Part shown: positions 43,245 through 56,640 of the stretch, in pieces
How the letters are laid out: every line of letters starts with the position of its first letter
Numbering within the stretch: position 1 is the first letter of the stretch
Source of the DNA: Felis catus
Lineage: Eukaryota
DNA: 64,000 bases
NCBI RefSeq assembly: GCF_018350175.1
Contig: NC_058374.1
Span: 82,460,001 to 82,524,000, forward strand
Reading direction: 5' to 3'
Notes under the pieces: model-generated
The model's database searches: none
What the model saw: only the letters and a program-made list of their open reading frames with translations
Told to the model about the DNA's origin: nothing
Position numbers and translations under genes: made by a program

Positions 43245-46200
43245 NNNNNNNNNNNNNNNNNNNNNNNNNNNNNNNNNNNNNNNNNNNNNNNNNNNNNNNN
43301 NNNNNNNNNNNNNNNNNNNNNNNNNNNNNNNNNNNNNNNNNNNNNNNNNNNNNNNNNNNNNNNNNNNNNNNNNNNNNNNNNNNNATAACCTCCATCCCCA
43401 CCCCNNNNNNNNNNNNNNNNNNNNNNNNNNNNNNNNNNNNNNNNNNNNNNNNNNNNNNNNNNNNNNNNNNNNNNNNNNNNNNNNNNNNNNNNNNNNNNNN
43501 NNNNNNNNNNNNNNNNNNNNNNNNNNNNNNNNNNNNNNNNNNNNNNNNNNNNGGGGGTCAGATCCCCCAGGACTTACCTTCCAAAACAAACTTTCTTCAC
43601 TTTGTATTATAGGTGCAAGACAGTGACCTACTTATCTTTCCTCTTCCTCCTCCTCCTCATTTTTCCAGAAAACATTTTTTTGTCTCCTGCCCCTTCCCCT
43701 TCTGCTTTTGGTCAATCCCTGTTCTTGATCCCCTTTTCCTCCTCTCCCCAGGATGGAGAAGGTGGTGAACCCAGGAACTGAGGAAGGAGGTTTCCAGTTC
43801 AGTCACATTAAAGGGCCCTGGGGGAGAGTAAGGCTCAGAGCGGGAGGGAGTAAGGAAACCTTTCCTTTTTGTTTTTATTTGGTTGGAGTTTCTCGTATTT
43901 GAAAACACTGCAGTCTCCATGAGTTGGCCTTGTGGAGGGTGTTTCTAGGTAGAGATGAGAATGGGAAGGCAAGCTCTCGGGTACCAGGTGGGAGTTGTGT
44001 TGTTAGCTAACTGGGCAGAGGTAGAGGAGGTGGAGATGCAGTGTCACCTGTGGCTCTGGAACTGTTCCAAGGCCTGATTTCCCCCTCACCCAGCCTCTTA
44101 GGTAGCTTCTCCCCCATAGTGGGGGAGACTCTGGACCCCAGAGTCCTCCAAAGAATCTTCACTGGTTGCCTGCATCTTTGGCTCTGCTGTGATCTAATTA
44201 GAGGAGGGACCAGTTTCTGAATCCCATCCTCTGATTTATACATATGCATTTTTTTCTCTGGCCTTTAGATGGCCTCAGCCCCAGCCACTATATTCCCCTG
44301 CAGTTTGCACTTTAATTGGTGGTAGTTCAGTTGGGATACTTGTTTTATGGGGGTTTTGATTGATTTACCTGCCCTCTCACCTTTTTAATTAAATGGAATC
44401 CAAGGTAGTATATATATGAGGTTTGGGGAGGGGCTGTAGAGAACAGGACCAGTGGCAGCTACTCAAGTCCAGTCTCCATTGCTTGCTTCCTCCAGCTCTG
44501 ACTCTTAACCTATATTCTTGCCAACCTAGCTCTCAAGTATAGGTTTGCCTTTCCTGGGGAATTAACTGAGCAACTGGAGAGTGGTCTCGGGATAGCCTAG
44601 GCCATTGTATGGGAGTGAAGAGGGGTGTCAGGCAGGAGGGAGGAGTTTTCTGTCCTTTCCTAGGGTTCACATTCAATTTGATCCAACCATTACTGTGTCT
44701 TTTCTACTTCCCTGTAAATAGGTATGATCTTTATTCCCATTGTACAGTCTGTTCTGTCCTCCACTTCCCATCAATCAGGCCCTGTTTCTTTTCTCCTTTG
44801 TTAGTATCTTCCATTTAGTCCCCCGATTCTTATCCTCATACTCACCCACCCCCAGCCAGTGGTTTAATCCATGTACCACTAGAAGTTAATACCACAGGCC
44901 TACTTGTGGACCCCTCAAATCATAACACCTGTTCCTGTGGACAGGGAACAACTGCCACTGAAGGTCCATCACAGCTGTCTCATGTCACCAGAGGATGTTG
45001 GTCCCTTCTAAATCTCTAGCCACTCTTCTTGGCTTCTCTCATCCGGTGTTTTAGCATATCTTTGTGAAGCCATCAAGGCAAGAGAGAGCTCTAAACTCCT
45101 TCTTGTTCCAGCCCAGGATTTTGGGAAAATTGGGGGAAGTAAGATAGGAAAGGTCACAGTGACCTAGGATTGGAACCTTTCTACCCTTTGATTTGCAGAC
45201 TGCCCTCTGTCCCAGAGCAGCTGAGAAATCCTTGAAGCTGAGATTCTGAAGGACCCAGCTTAGGTTCTTCCACTTAGGCCTCAATTCCCTTCCTTTTCCA
45301 GGGGCAGCCTTAGTTCCCGTGGCCCTGAAACACATATATTTTTCTCTTCCTTTCCCAGCACCCACTAGCCCCCCAAAGCACCCAGTGCATCCTTATAAGT
45401 GGAAGAACTAGGATCGCTCTCTTAAATTCCTTAGAAATGAAGGGTTTTTTTTGTTTGTTTGTTTGTTTTTCTCTGTGCATCTTTCCCCCTGGAATGGGAG
45501 TGAAGTGGTTCATTGCCTTGGGGCTGGGAAACCATTTATTTCTCCAGGCTTTTTCTCCCCTCCCCAGCCCCCTTAGGAACAGGATTGGCCTTAGCTTTTA
45601 GGCCTATCTGCTGCTTTCCTTCTACTTCCTACCAGTTCTTCTGCTTTCCTTTGAGCTTTCTTGGGCTTGGGGATCTTAGTTTTTATTTCCCAGCTCTTCA
45701 TTTTTTTTCTTCCCTTCTGATCAGTTGTTTTTTTTTTTTTAGGCGGGGGTGGGGGGGTGTCCTTTTTTTTTCTTCTAAGAAAGCATTTGCCNNNNNNNNN
45801 NNNNNNNNNNNNNNNNNNNNNNNNNNNNNNNNNNNNNNNNNNNNNNNNNNNNNNNNNNNNNNNNNNNNNNNNNNNNNNNNNNNNNNNNNNNNNNNNNNNN
45901 NNNNNNNNNNNNNNNNNNNNNNNNNNNNNNNNNNNNNNNNNNNNNNNNNNNNNNNNNNNNNNNNNNNNNNNNNNNNNNNNNNNNNNNNNNNNNNNNNNNN
46001 NNNNNNNNNNAGAAAGGGCATTCAGTGTTTTCGTGAATCAGAAATATACCCTCTCCTACGTCATCGTACTTCCTTATAAGTTCCCTTTAATCTTTCTTGA
46101 ATAGTGAGATAGCCCAATTTGGAAAATATTCGCTTTATTGCTGTTTAATCACTCCTATTCCCAAGCCACTAGAGAGCTCATCAAATCTGACGTAACTTAT

Positions 46201-47109
46201 TTTTATAGACCTCTTAATACATATTGGGCAGGGTGGGGTAGGGGGTGTGGTCTGTGGACCTCTGGGCAAACAATTGATGAGACTGGAAAGAAAGGTATTT
46301 GTGAATCCTTTGAAGTATTCTGCAAAAGTTTATGTGCATTTCTCCAGGGAAAGTGTGCCTTGCTTGCCTTGCTAGTATCTTAGAGGGGTCCGTGACCTAA
46401 AGAAGGTTAAAGAAAGCACTAAATTTGTATTTTTAATTGATCATTTCCACCCCAACAGGAAAATTTCTCCTAGATCTGCTCTTGTTTGCTACTGTACTTG
46501 AAGCCCTTCAGTCCATCACGGTCTAAATGGAGGTGGGTGGGAGAGAATGACACAGAGAAAGATCAGGTATGGTTGCAGAAGTACAGGAAGAAGGACTGGT
46601 TCCAGACAGAGCTGGCATTACAATCCCATCTACCAACTTATCGGCTGTGGCCTTGACCTAGGTACTTAACTGCTCTCTGCCTCAGTTTCTTCTGTAAAAT
46701 GAAGAAAAGTTGAGGTTCAAAGGTCAATTGTGTAAAGTATGTGTGGAGCACACAAGATGACACTGTTATTATGGAGAAGTCTTATCCTGCAGCCTCAGAC
46801 AGTCCCTAACTGATTTCTCTGTATTCTTGGGCTGAGCCCAATTTTCAAGGCTGGTAGGATAGGTTGGGCATCAGACCTCTCCAATGATTTAATTGGACAC
46901 GTTGAGCTGGAATTTCCAAAACCCTCAGGGCCAAACTCACCTTTTCACTGCCGATTCCCCTTTCCTTCTGTCTCTTAGTACTCCCCCCAGGGCTCAATGA
47001 TTCTTGACAAAAGCTCTAGTTCACTTTAGGAGAGCAGAAAGGGAGAGGAAATGATCTTCCAAAATTAAAGATGAAGACCTTCACTTAGTAAGGTTGTAGT
47101 TCAACCTTT

Positions 47110-47128
47110 TGGCCTCTAGAGGGCAGTA
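47110..47128 (+). promoter_or_regulatory. Candidate CTCF site
   Basis: TGGCCTCTAGAGGGCAGTA matches the CTCF core CCNCNAGRKGGCAG. Confidence 0.55.
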
Positions 47129-47559
47129 TGGATACGTTCGCCTCAAGTTCACAGCCAGCCAATAACAAACAGTGTGTACTGCACCAAAGGATGAAAGGAT
47201 AATGGCAAACGTATTCTTAGTGCTCTCCACTGTGTGATTATGAGCGATTATAATCTTTATACTTGGGGGTATTAAAATATTGTTCTAGTTATGACAATGA
47301 TTTTTTAATTGGCTTAACTAAAAAAAAGTCGGTATTTGTATTGTTCTATACTTTGGGAAGAAAATAGACATGTCCAAGGGAACTAGTCTTTGAACCACTA
47401 TTTAAGCTTCGTTTCTGTATTTATTCTTGGATATAAGAGAATTGAGCGCTTGACCTTGTTTTCACTAAAAGGCAAACTGGGCTGTTTTAGTTGCAACACA
47501 GATGTTTGTCAAAAACAGGGTAGAGGTGAAGCTCACAGCCGGGAGAATGCCGGCTGGAT

Positions 47560-48110
47560 TCCCAGGCCTTCTCAGTGAACGCACCTTGTGTCACAGCCGT
47601 AGGGGCAGGGCGGGGGCGTCTCAAAACCTCCCACCTCTCCGCCCAAGCTTTGGAGTCCTCGTCACCTTCCACTGCCCAGTTCTGGACAACAGTGAGAGTC
47701 CCATTCCTTGTCGAGCGGGGATTGGAAACAAAAAACAGCCAGTCTTAGCTCCGAGCCCTCGTGGCACCCCTCCTGCCTCCGCCTCCGGAAGGCGGGCACA
47801 GCAGCTTGCAGGCGCGCGGCCAGCCAATAGCTGGGGGATGAACAGAAAGGCGAGAGTGCTCCTTCACTCGGCCCCAACGTCACGATGCTGGCCCCGCCCC
47901 TTCGCCAGCAGTCTCTGGGAGCCGGGCGGGTAAGCCAGCCACCCTGCCGACGCCGGACGCCGAACCCGAACCCGGTAAGGGGGCTGGGGACTGGGAGTGG
48001 GAAGAGGAGGAGGAGGAGGAACGACTGGTAACCTGGGAGATGGCCAGGGCCTTGGGACCCGGGGGTGCTCCGAACCCCATGGGTTCGAACAAAAACCCAG
48101 TACCACCTCC
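47560..48110 (+). promoter_or_regulatory. SUOX: SUOX CpG-island promoter and non-coding first exon
   Basis: CpG-rich, CCAAT at about 47825, GC boxes at about 47605 and 47891, donors G|GTAAGC at about 47930 and G|GTAAGG at about 47975. Confidence 0.7.
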
Positions 48111-48479
48111 ACTCCCGCTGCTCCTCTTAGGAGCGCAGTGTGTTGCTACGAGACACTCTTGTACCAGCTGCTGGGCAATGGCATTGGACTGCGTACTTGT
48201 GCTCTGGAGTTGGACATATCCTCCTACCTAAAGTGCCCCCCGGGGGGTGAGGCGTCACCACCCGCAAAAGGGAGGTGGCGTCTGTTTTGGAGCAGAAGGC
48301 TGCTTCTCCCAAACCTGGGACACTGGGTTTACCAAGTTTACCCGCAAGTCAGTCCTACTTGGACCACACCCGTCTGGTTCAAGTGGGCTGCTGGGACTGA
48401 GGGCAGGTGGGAGGGAGAGTGAGGATCCCATGGCCCAGGAGTAAAATGCAGACTGCTCCTGTTCCTATCTCCTTCACAG

Positions 48480-48697
48480 TTTCTCGGCCTGCCCCCCTTT
48501 TTAGCATTTCGCCAGCAATTGGGACTCTTCTTACTCTTCCTGGATTTGGCCTTCCTGGGGTCAGTGAGCTGCTCAATGCTGTGAGGAACGAACTGCTGCA
48601 GGGCAGAGAGGGGAGAAATTACTTCTTTAGCCCACTCCCTGACACCAAAGCCATTAACTTCTCCATTTGCTGAGTTCACGGGAATGGCATAGACAAG
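48480..48697 (+). other. SUOX: Candidate SUOX 5'-UTR exon
   Basis: Strong acceptor cctatctccttcacAG| and donor AAG|GTAGGG, between the promoter and the ATG exon. Confidence 0.55.
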
Positions 48698-49447
48698 GTA
48701 GGGGTGAGAACCCTAAGTTGGAGTCCAGTTCCCAGCCAGGTTCAATTTTCTTTTTTCCTAAGGTTGGTAGAAGGAAAGGAAGGGACTGAAAGGCCTTCAA
48801 AAACCATGTTATTATGTGTTTGCTCCTCACAGCCGCTCTGCTAGGTAGATCTCATTTCATAGATGAGGACATAAGTTCTGAGAGAGTTGGTATTTTGCCC
48901 AGGAAATGGGGCTGGTTAATGGTAAGGCTCATTTCACAAACCCAAAACAGTTTGACTCCCCAGAATCTGAGCTGGTTCACCCTGTTAGGCTGCCACTGCC
49001 TTTTTCATGTTTTTGTCCCTAAGTTGGTCTGCCTCTCATTTGTCCTCTGCTGACTTTGGAAATAATAAACCAGCAAACTGGACAGTCGACATTTTGGCTT
49101 CTGACCTTTAGGCCCTTGGCCCTGAACATTGGTCCCTGTAGTGGATAGAGAATGGAGGATGGTGATTCTAGAAGCCCCCTACCCACTGCCTCATTCCCTT
49201 CCATCCTGTCAGCACAGTCTCTTTGAAGTCCTTTATGTTTTCTCTAAGGACCCATTTGGACCTCCCCCCACACATAGTCCCTTCCTTTGGCCTCATTACC
49301 ACAGAAAAAGTCTCTTCATTTGCCCAGAGAGCACCTTGCTGACCTCTGTGTCTTCCTTCCACTCATTTCCTCAAGTTTCACTAATATCATCTCCTCCCAG
49401 AACTTCTTATCTTGATCCTGGAATCTTTTTCCCACAGGTCTGTCACA

Positions 49448-51590
<2,143 letters not shown>

Positions 51591-52068
51591 GAAGGTGAAA
51601 TGGAATTACCTACTCCCCAGAATCATCATCTCAACCCCTTTCCACACACATCCTTTTGCCTTGTTACCACAGGAAAACCTTTCCTTCCACCTCCACTTCT
51701 TGGATCACAACCCTATACTATGCCTTCCTAAACCACACACAGATATGCACGTTGCACATTTCCACCCAGACACCAGCTCTCCTTTGACACTATGTTACAT
51801 ATCCCTATTATGCCAGAAGTTGAGAGCTGTTGAAGATGGAGGCTAGAAGTGGGGAAATTTCTGTAAACAAGCACTCTTCTCCTACCCCACCTCCACTTCT
51901 AGTGTCTATCATCACTTTATTTTGCTTTTCCTCTTGGGAGTCTTCAGAGAATGTGTGTGGCTATGTGTACAAAAAATGTATATGCAACTTTCTACTGACT
52001 TTCTGGTTGCCAGGGGTCGTGAGAGGTGCAATCCTGCCCCTTTATAGTTCCACTTTTCTAAACACATC

Positions 52069-52074
52069 AATAAA
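52069..52074 (+). terminator. SUOX: SUOX polyadenylation signal (AATAAA)
   Basis: AATAAA about 480 nt after the stop codon. Confidence 0.75.
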
Positions 52075-52529
52075 GTATCTGTTTAAGACACAACTCCGAA
52101 AAAAGAAAAGATTATGACTTTGGGGACTTCTTGAGGCTGGAGCGCGAGCATATTGCATGAGGGAGGTGCACTGGTACTGGGATATGTAGTGAGATAATCC
52201 CAAACAAGGTGGGGGGGGGAGGGAAAAGGGAAGTCAAAAAGTGGGGCTTCCTTCTCCGAGGTCCGCCAGTATCTGTAGCGTTGCTTAGGTGACTCACCTA
52301 AGAATACCCTCAAGAGAGATTTTTTTAAATGGCATTGTTAAGCTCCTCCCGCCCCTCCCCATTTCTAAACACTTGGCAGGAAAAGCAAAGAATTCTAAGA
52401 GGCTAAAATCAATATTGCCTTAGCAGAGGCAGGACAAAACTTGGCACTAGGGGCAGATATGCCACGGCAGGTGGGGGCATCCAAAGTGCGCCTAGCTTAC
52501 AAATCAAACGCAGATGCAGGGGCAGTCAT

Positions 52530-53350
52530 CGAGTTTCCCTCCGCACGCGACCGCTCCTTTCCAACTTGAAGCTTTCGGCGCTCGGCTACTCTCCCCTAGC
52601 TCTTTTTCCTTTCCCCAGCAGTCTCCCTGGCTTGGGGGCGCTCGGTGTTCGGCCACGCCGCCTGTCGCCTGGTAGTGGGACCGGAAGTTGTTCGGGGGAG
52701 GGGGGACGGCTGTGGTGGGGGGGGTTGCTGGGGGGGGGCCGGTCCCTCCTCAGGTGAAGCCGCTGATGGAGATGGAGCCGCCGCCGCCGCTGAGTGCCCG
52801 GGTCCCGGGTCCGGCCCGATTGCCGCCGCCTCAGTGACCCCACTCCCCCCGCACTGTGCCGCCCGGGCCAGAGTGGGGGACCCCCGCCGCCCCGCCCCCC
52901 TCTTCCCCAACACCGTCCCCTCTCCCTCACCCCCCCCAGCTTGCGCGCGCGCGGAGCTGCCTCAGGTGAGTGAGGGGCGGGGCTTGGGCGAAGCGCTGGG
53001 GGCGGGGCCTCGGTCGCCGGGGGCGGGGCCTGAGGGGCTTGGGCGTGAAGCAAGGGGAGACCCGGACTGGGGGCTGGCTGGAAGAGGGTGGCCGCCTGGG
53101 CTGTGGCCCGAGGGGAGGGAGCTGGCCCAGCTAGTGGGGGAGTTAGGCTCGAGGCTCCAAGGTTGAGGGGAAGGTAACGGAGAGCCAAAGGGTCCTAAAA
53201 AGGCGGGAGACGGGTCAAGACAGCCAGGAGCTGGGTGCGCGAGGCTCCTTGGTGGGGTACCGCTGGGGTAGAACAGAAGAGGGTGAGAAAGGAGAAGCAG
53301 AGGGGGTACCTGGGCAAAAAAGCGAGAGGACTGGGGGGGGGGCGGTTTGT
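52530..53350 (+). promoter_or_regulatory. IKZF4: CpG-island promoter and non-coding first exon, probably of IKZF4 (Eos)
   Basis: CpG island with ETS motif CCGGAAGT at 52681-52688 and a perfect donor CAG|GTGAGT at 52966. The gene name rests on conserved order (SUOX-IKZF4); no IKZF4 coding exon was recognised in the window. Confidence 0.5.
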
Positions 53351-53721
53351 CGAGAAGGTTAGAGAGAAGGACATAGGCCTCGGTGGGAAGATCTGGGAGG
53401 CAATGAGCAGAATGGGAGAAACAGTAGAGAAGAAACTTAGAGTGCAAGTGGAAAGTGCGGTCTAAGGTACCATGTAGGGTGAGACGTCTAGGGAACCTGA
53501 GAAGCAGGGCTGGGAAGGAAGAGATTCACTGCATATGAGTCCTAAGAAAGAAATGTAACAGAGGAAGCCCTGGGTCTGAGGACTCTAAGGACAGACTTTG
53601 GGAAGCAGTTGTAAACTGAAATAGGCCTCTGTGTACTTCTTTGCACAACCCATCCCCAGTTATTTTCTTCCCCCTTGTCTGCTAGAGTTGTAGATTCTCA
53701 CTTTTGAAATTTTCATTTGAC

Positions 53722-54470
53722 TTCTCTACTTTTTAATTTTTTCAATTTTTTAATGTTTATTTTATTTTTGAGAGAGAGAGGAAGACAGAGGATCTCAGTC
53801 AGGCTCTGTGCTGACAACAGAGAACCCAATGCAGGGCTCGAACTCATGAACCACAAGATCATGACCTGAGCCAAAGTCCCCTGCTTAACCAACTGAACCA
53901 TCCAGGTGCCCCGCTTTTTAAATTTTTTTAATCGTGACTGGTCCTGTCATGAGGACCAGTTGGAGTCCTGTCATGAGTTGGGTTTTAATGGAACACAGAT
54001 CTTTAGGTATAAGATGTTTAGGAAATAAAGTACCCCATTTCTTTCTCCAGGGTCAAGAATTTACTAACTCTGGTTCCAGGAAGATTTGATGCATTACCAA
54101 CTATATTGTGTCAAGTTTTGCATACCTTCTTTCATTTCAGTCCTTTCTCTCATAAGCAAAACTGCCAACTGTTGTGACTCTTACAGATCCCCCACTGACA
54201 TGTTTCATAGCCCCACCTGTTTCCCAGTCTACCCCGCCTGAACCCTTAAAGCATCAGTGGTGAGCTTAGAAAGTTTCTGACTCACTCACATATCAACACT
54301 AGGCCTTCCATCATCAAGGCCAAACAGAAGACCATTTGAGGCCAGGGCACCTGGGTGGCTCAGTTGGTTAATTGTCTCACTTGGGCTCAGGTCATGATCT
54401 CACAGTTTGTGGGTTTCACCCCCGAATCAGGCTCTGTGCTGACAGCTTGGAGCCTGCTTTGGATTCTCTG

Positions 54471-54521
<51 letters not shown>

Positions 54522-54592
54522 TCTCCCCTGCTCATGCTCTCTCTCTCTCTGTCAAAAATAAATAAACATTTAAAAAATGTATAATAAAAAAA
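53722..54592. mobile_element. CanSINEs 53722-53911(-) and 54345-54592(+, expanded (CT)n)
   Basis: Typical head, linker and tail. Confidence 0.85.
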
Positions 54593-54984
54593 ACATTGAG
54601 GCCTGCTGTTTCCCCTTACTGCTATTTGTTCACTTTATCTGTGTGAAGGTACATGTTGATATTCTTAGGAAGCATTAAAAACAGGTGTCTGACTACCTAA
54701 TAATTCCACCTAAGATAACTGTGATTCTGAGGACAAGACCAGGACAAGTCCAAATCAAACAATCGTTGAAATTGTAGCTTCTTGTTTGGTAGAAGTATCT
54801 CCTCATTGGTCTGTCAGTAGTTCAGTTAATATTGCTTTGTGGTGTAGGGAACTTCAGCCTTGCCTGAACACCCGAAAGCCAGAGAATCCAGACAGCTCCC
54901 TGGATCATGAGGATAGTCAGAAGAGTGGCTCATGAGATAAAAACAAAGTCTTAAAAGGAGAAAATTTAAAAAAATAAAATAAGA

Positions 54985-55213
54985 GGGGCGCCTGGGTGGC
55001 GCAGTCGGTTAAGCGTCCAACTTCAGCCAGGTCACGATCTCGCGGTCCATGAGTTCGAGCCCCGCGTCAGGCTCTGGGCTGATGGCTCGGAGCCTGGAGC
55101 CTGTTTCCGATTCTGTGTCTCCCTCTCTCTCTGCCCCTCCCCCGTTCATGCTCTGTCTCTCTCTGTCCCAAAAATAAATAAAAAACATTGAAAAAAAATT
55201 AAAAAAAAAAAAC
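54985..55213 (+). mobile_element. Young felid CanSINE (SINEC_Fc-like) with TSD
   Basis: GGGGCGCCTGGGTGGCGCAG head, (CT)n linker, A-tail; TSD AAAATAAGA at 54976-54984 and 55214-55222. Confidence 0.92.
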
Positions 55214-56410
55214 AAAATAAGAAAATAGTGTAGCCATTGGGAAGCAGGATAGATCTCACTGGAGCTTCTAGGGTGGGTCCCAGGTGGTGGGAGCTGCCCT
55301 CAATTTGGCAGGGTCGGAATTATATCTTGCCCTAGTCAATAGTTGCTGATGTCTCAAGCACAGAATATAATGTCTTTGTTGCCCACTGAGTGCAGGTAGT
55401 TCAGTTGTAGCTTCTGGGCAATCCCCTTTTAGTAGGTTAAGGGCAAAGCATGTTTTGGGACTTGGCTGAGAAAGAAGTCCTGACTTTTTTCCAGTGAAAA
55501 TGCAACTGAACATTTCTTCTTTATTTTCTCCTAGTTTAAATCTGCAGCTTGTACTTCCCAGTGTGGGAGGAACATTATCCCACCTTTTACCTCCTACTAA
55601 CATCCACAAAGAAATTATTTTCTCCCAAACTGGCCATCTTTTTTCCTTCAACATACACACAAAATAACCAAGGAAAAATGAAGACAAATTATTGTAGGGC
55701 AGGTATTTCTGGGCTCATTTTACTCTACAAGAACAAATAAGAATGTGGAGCTCTGTGGGGGTAGACAATGCTACAGGCAGAGGGACTCCCTTTCTTTGTT
55801 GGTGTCATGACCCTGCCTAAAGAAGGCTCTGAATTCCCAGCTGTTTGATTTGCCTCCTTCTCAGAAGAGTTGTAGATTCTCTATTGGAAACAGGGAGATA
55901 ATTTCAAGGTTTATCTGATGAAAGCATGTAAGAAAGGATAGTGCTGATATGAATGGCCTGTCCCCTCCTACCCCACCAGTGGGAGTGGCATCAACCTTGT
56001 AGACTCTGCTGGAATACATATGCTGGTGTAATCCTTGAGCCAAGGAGCTCTGTTTCTACCTTAAAGAGACCTAGTAAGGGCCTAGGTTGGCATTTCCCTC
56101 AGGCTCATAATCTCTAAAAAGAGACATGGGAGGGAGAGGATTATTTTTTCTTCCATCCATAAACCAGTGTTTCTAGTTTAAGGATTTAAGCCACAAGATG
56201 CAGACCCCCAAATTTTTCATTTCAACATCCGAGAAAGAAGGTAAGCATGGGTGGTCCCAAACCTTTCCACTGTGGCAAAATTTAACTTTGGGCTGTAGTA
56301 GAAAGACTGGTTACCAGACTGATAACCTGGGTTCTATTTGGTGTTAATTCTGTCACTAACCAGATAGGTGACTCAGCTTAGTTTCTTCTTCTGTTAAAAA
56401 ACAAGAGATT

Positions 56411-56640
56411 GGGGCGCCTGGGTGGCGCAGTCGGTTAAGCGTCCGACTTCAGCCAGGTCACGATCTCGCGGTCCGTGAGTTCGAGCCCCGCGTCAGGCTC
56501 TGGGCTGATGGCTCGGAGCCTGGAGCCTGTTTCCGATTCTGTGTCTCCCTCTCTCTCTGCCCTTCCCCCATTCATGCTCTGTCTCTCTCTGTCCCAAAAA
56601 TAAATAAAAACGTTGGGAAAACAAAACAAAACAAAAAAAA
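56411..56640 (+). mobile_element. Young felid CanSINE (SINEC_Fc-like) with TSD, inserted in a MIR
   Basis: Near-identical to the 54985 copy; AAAAAACAAGAGATT(GG) repeated on both sides. Confidence 0.92.

Noticed and set aside
52586-53447. Overlapping 105-200 aa ORFs on both strands
   Set aside because: Stop-poor GC-rich CpG island; Pro/Gly/Ala low-complexity translations with no family match.
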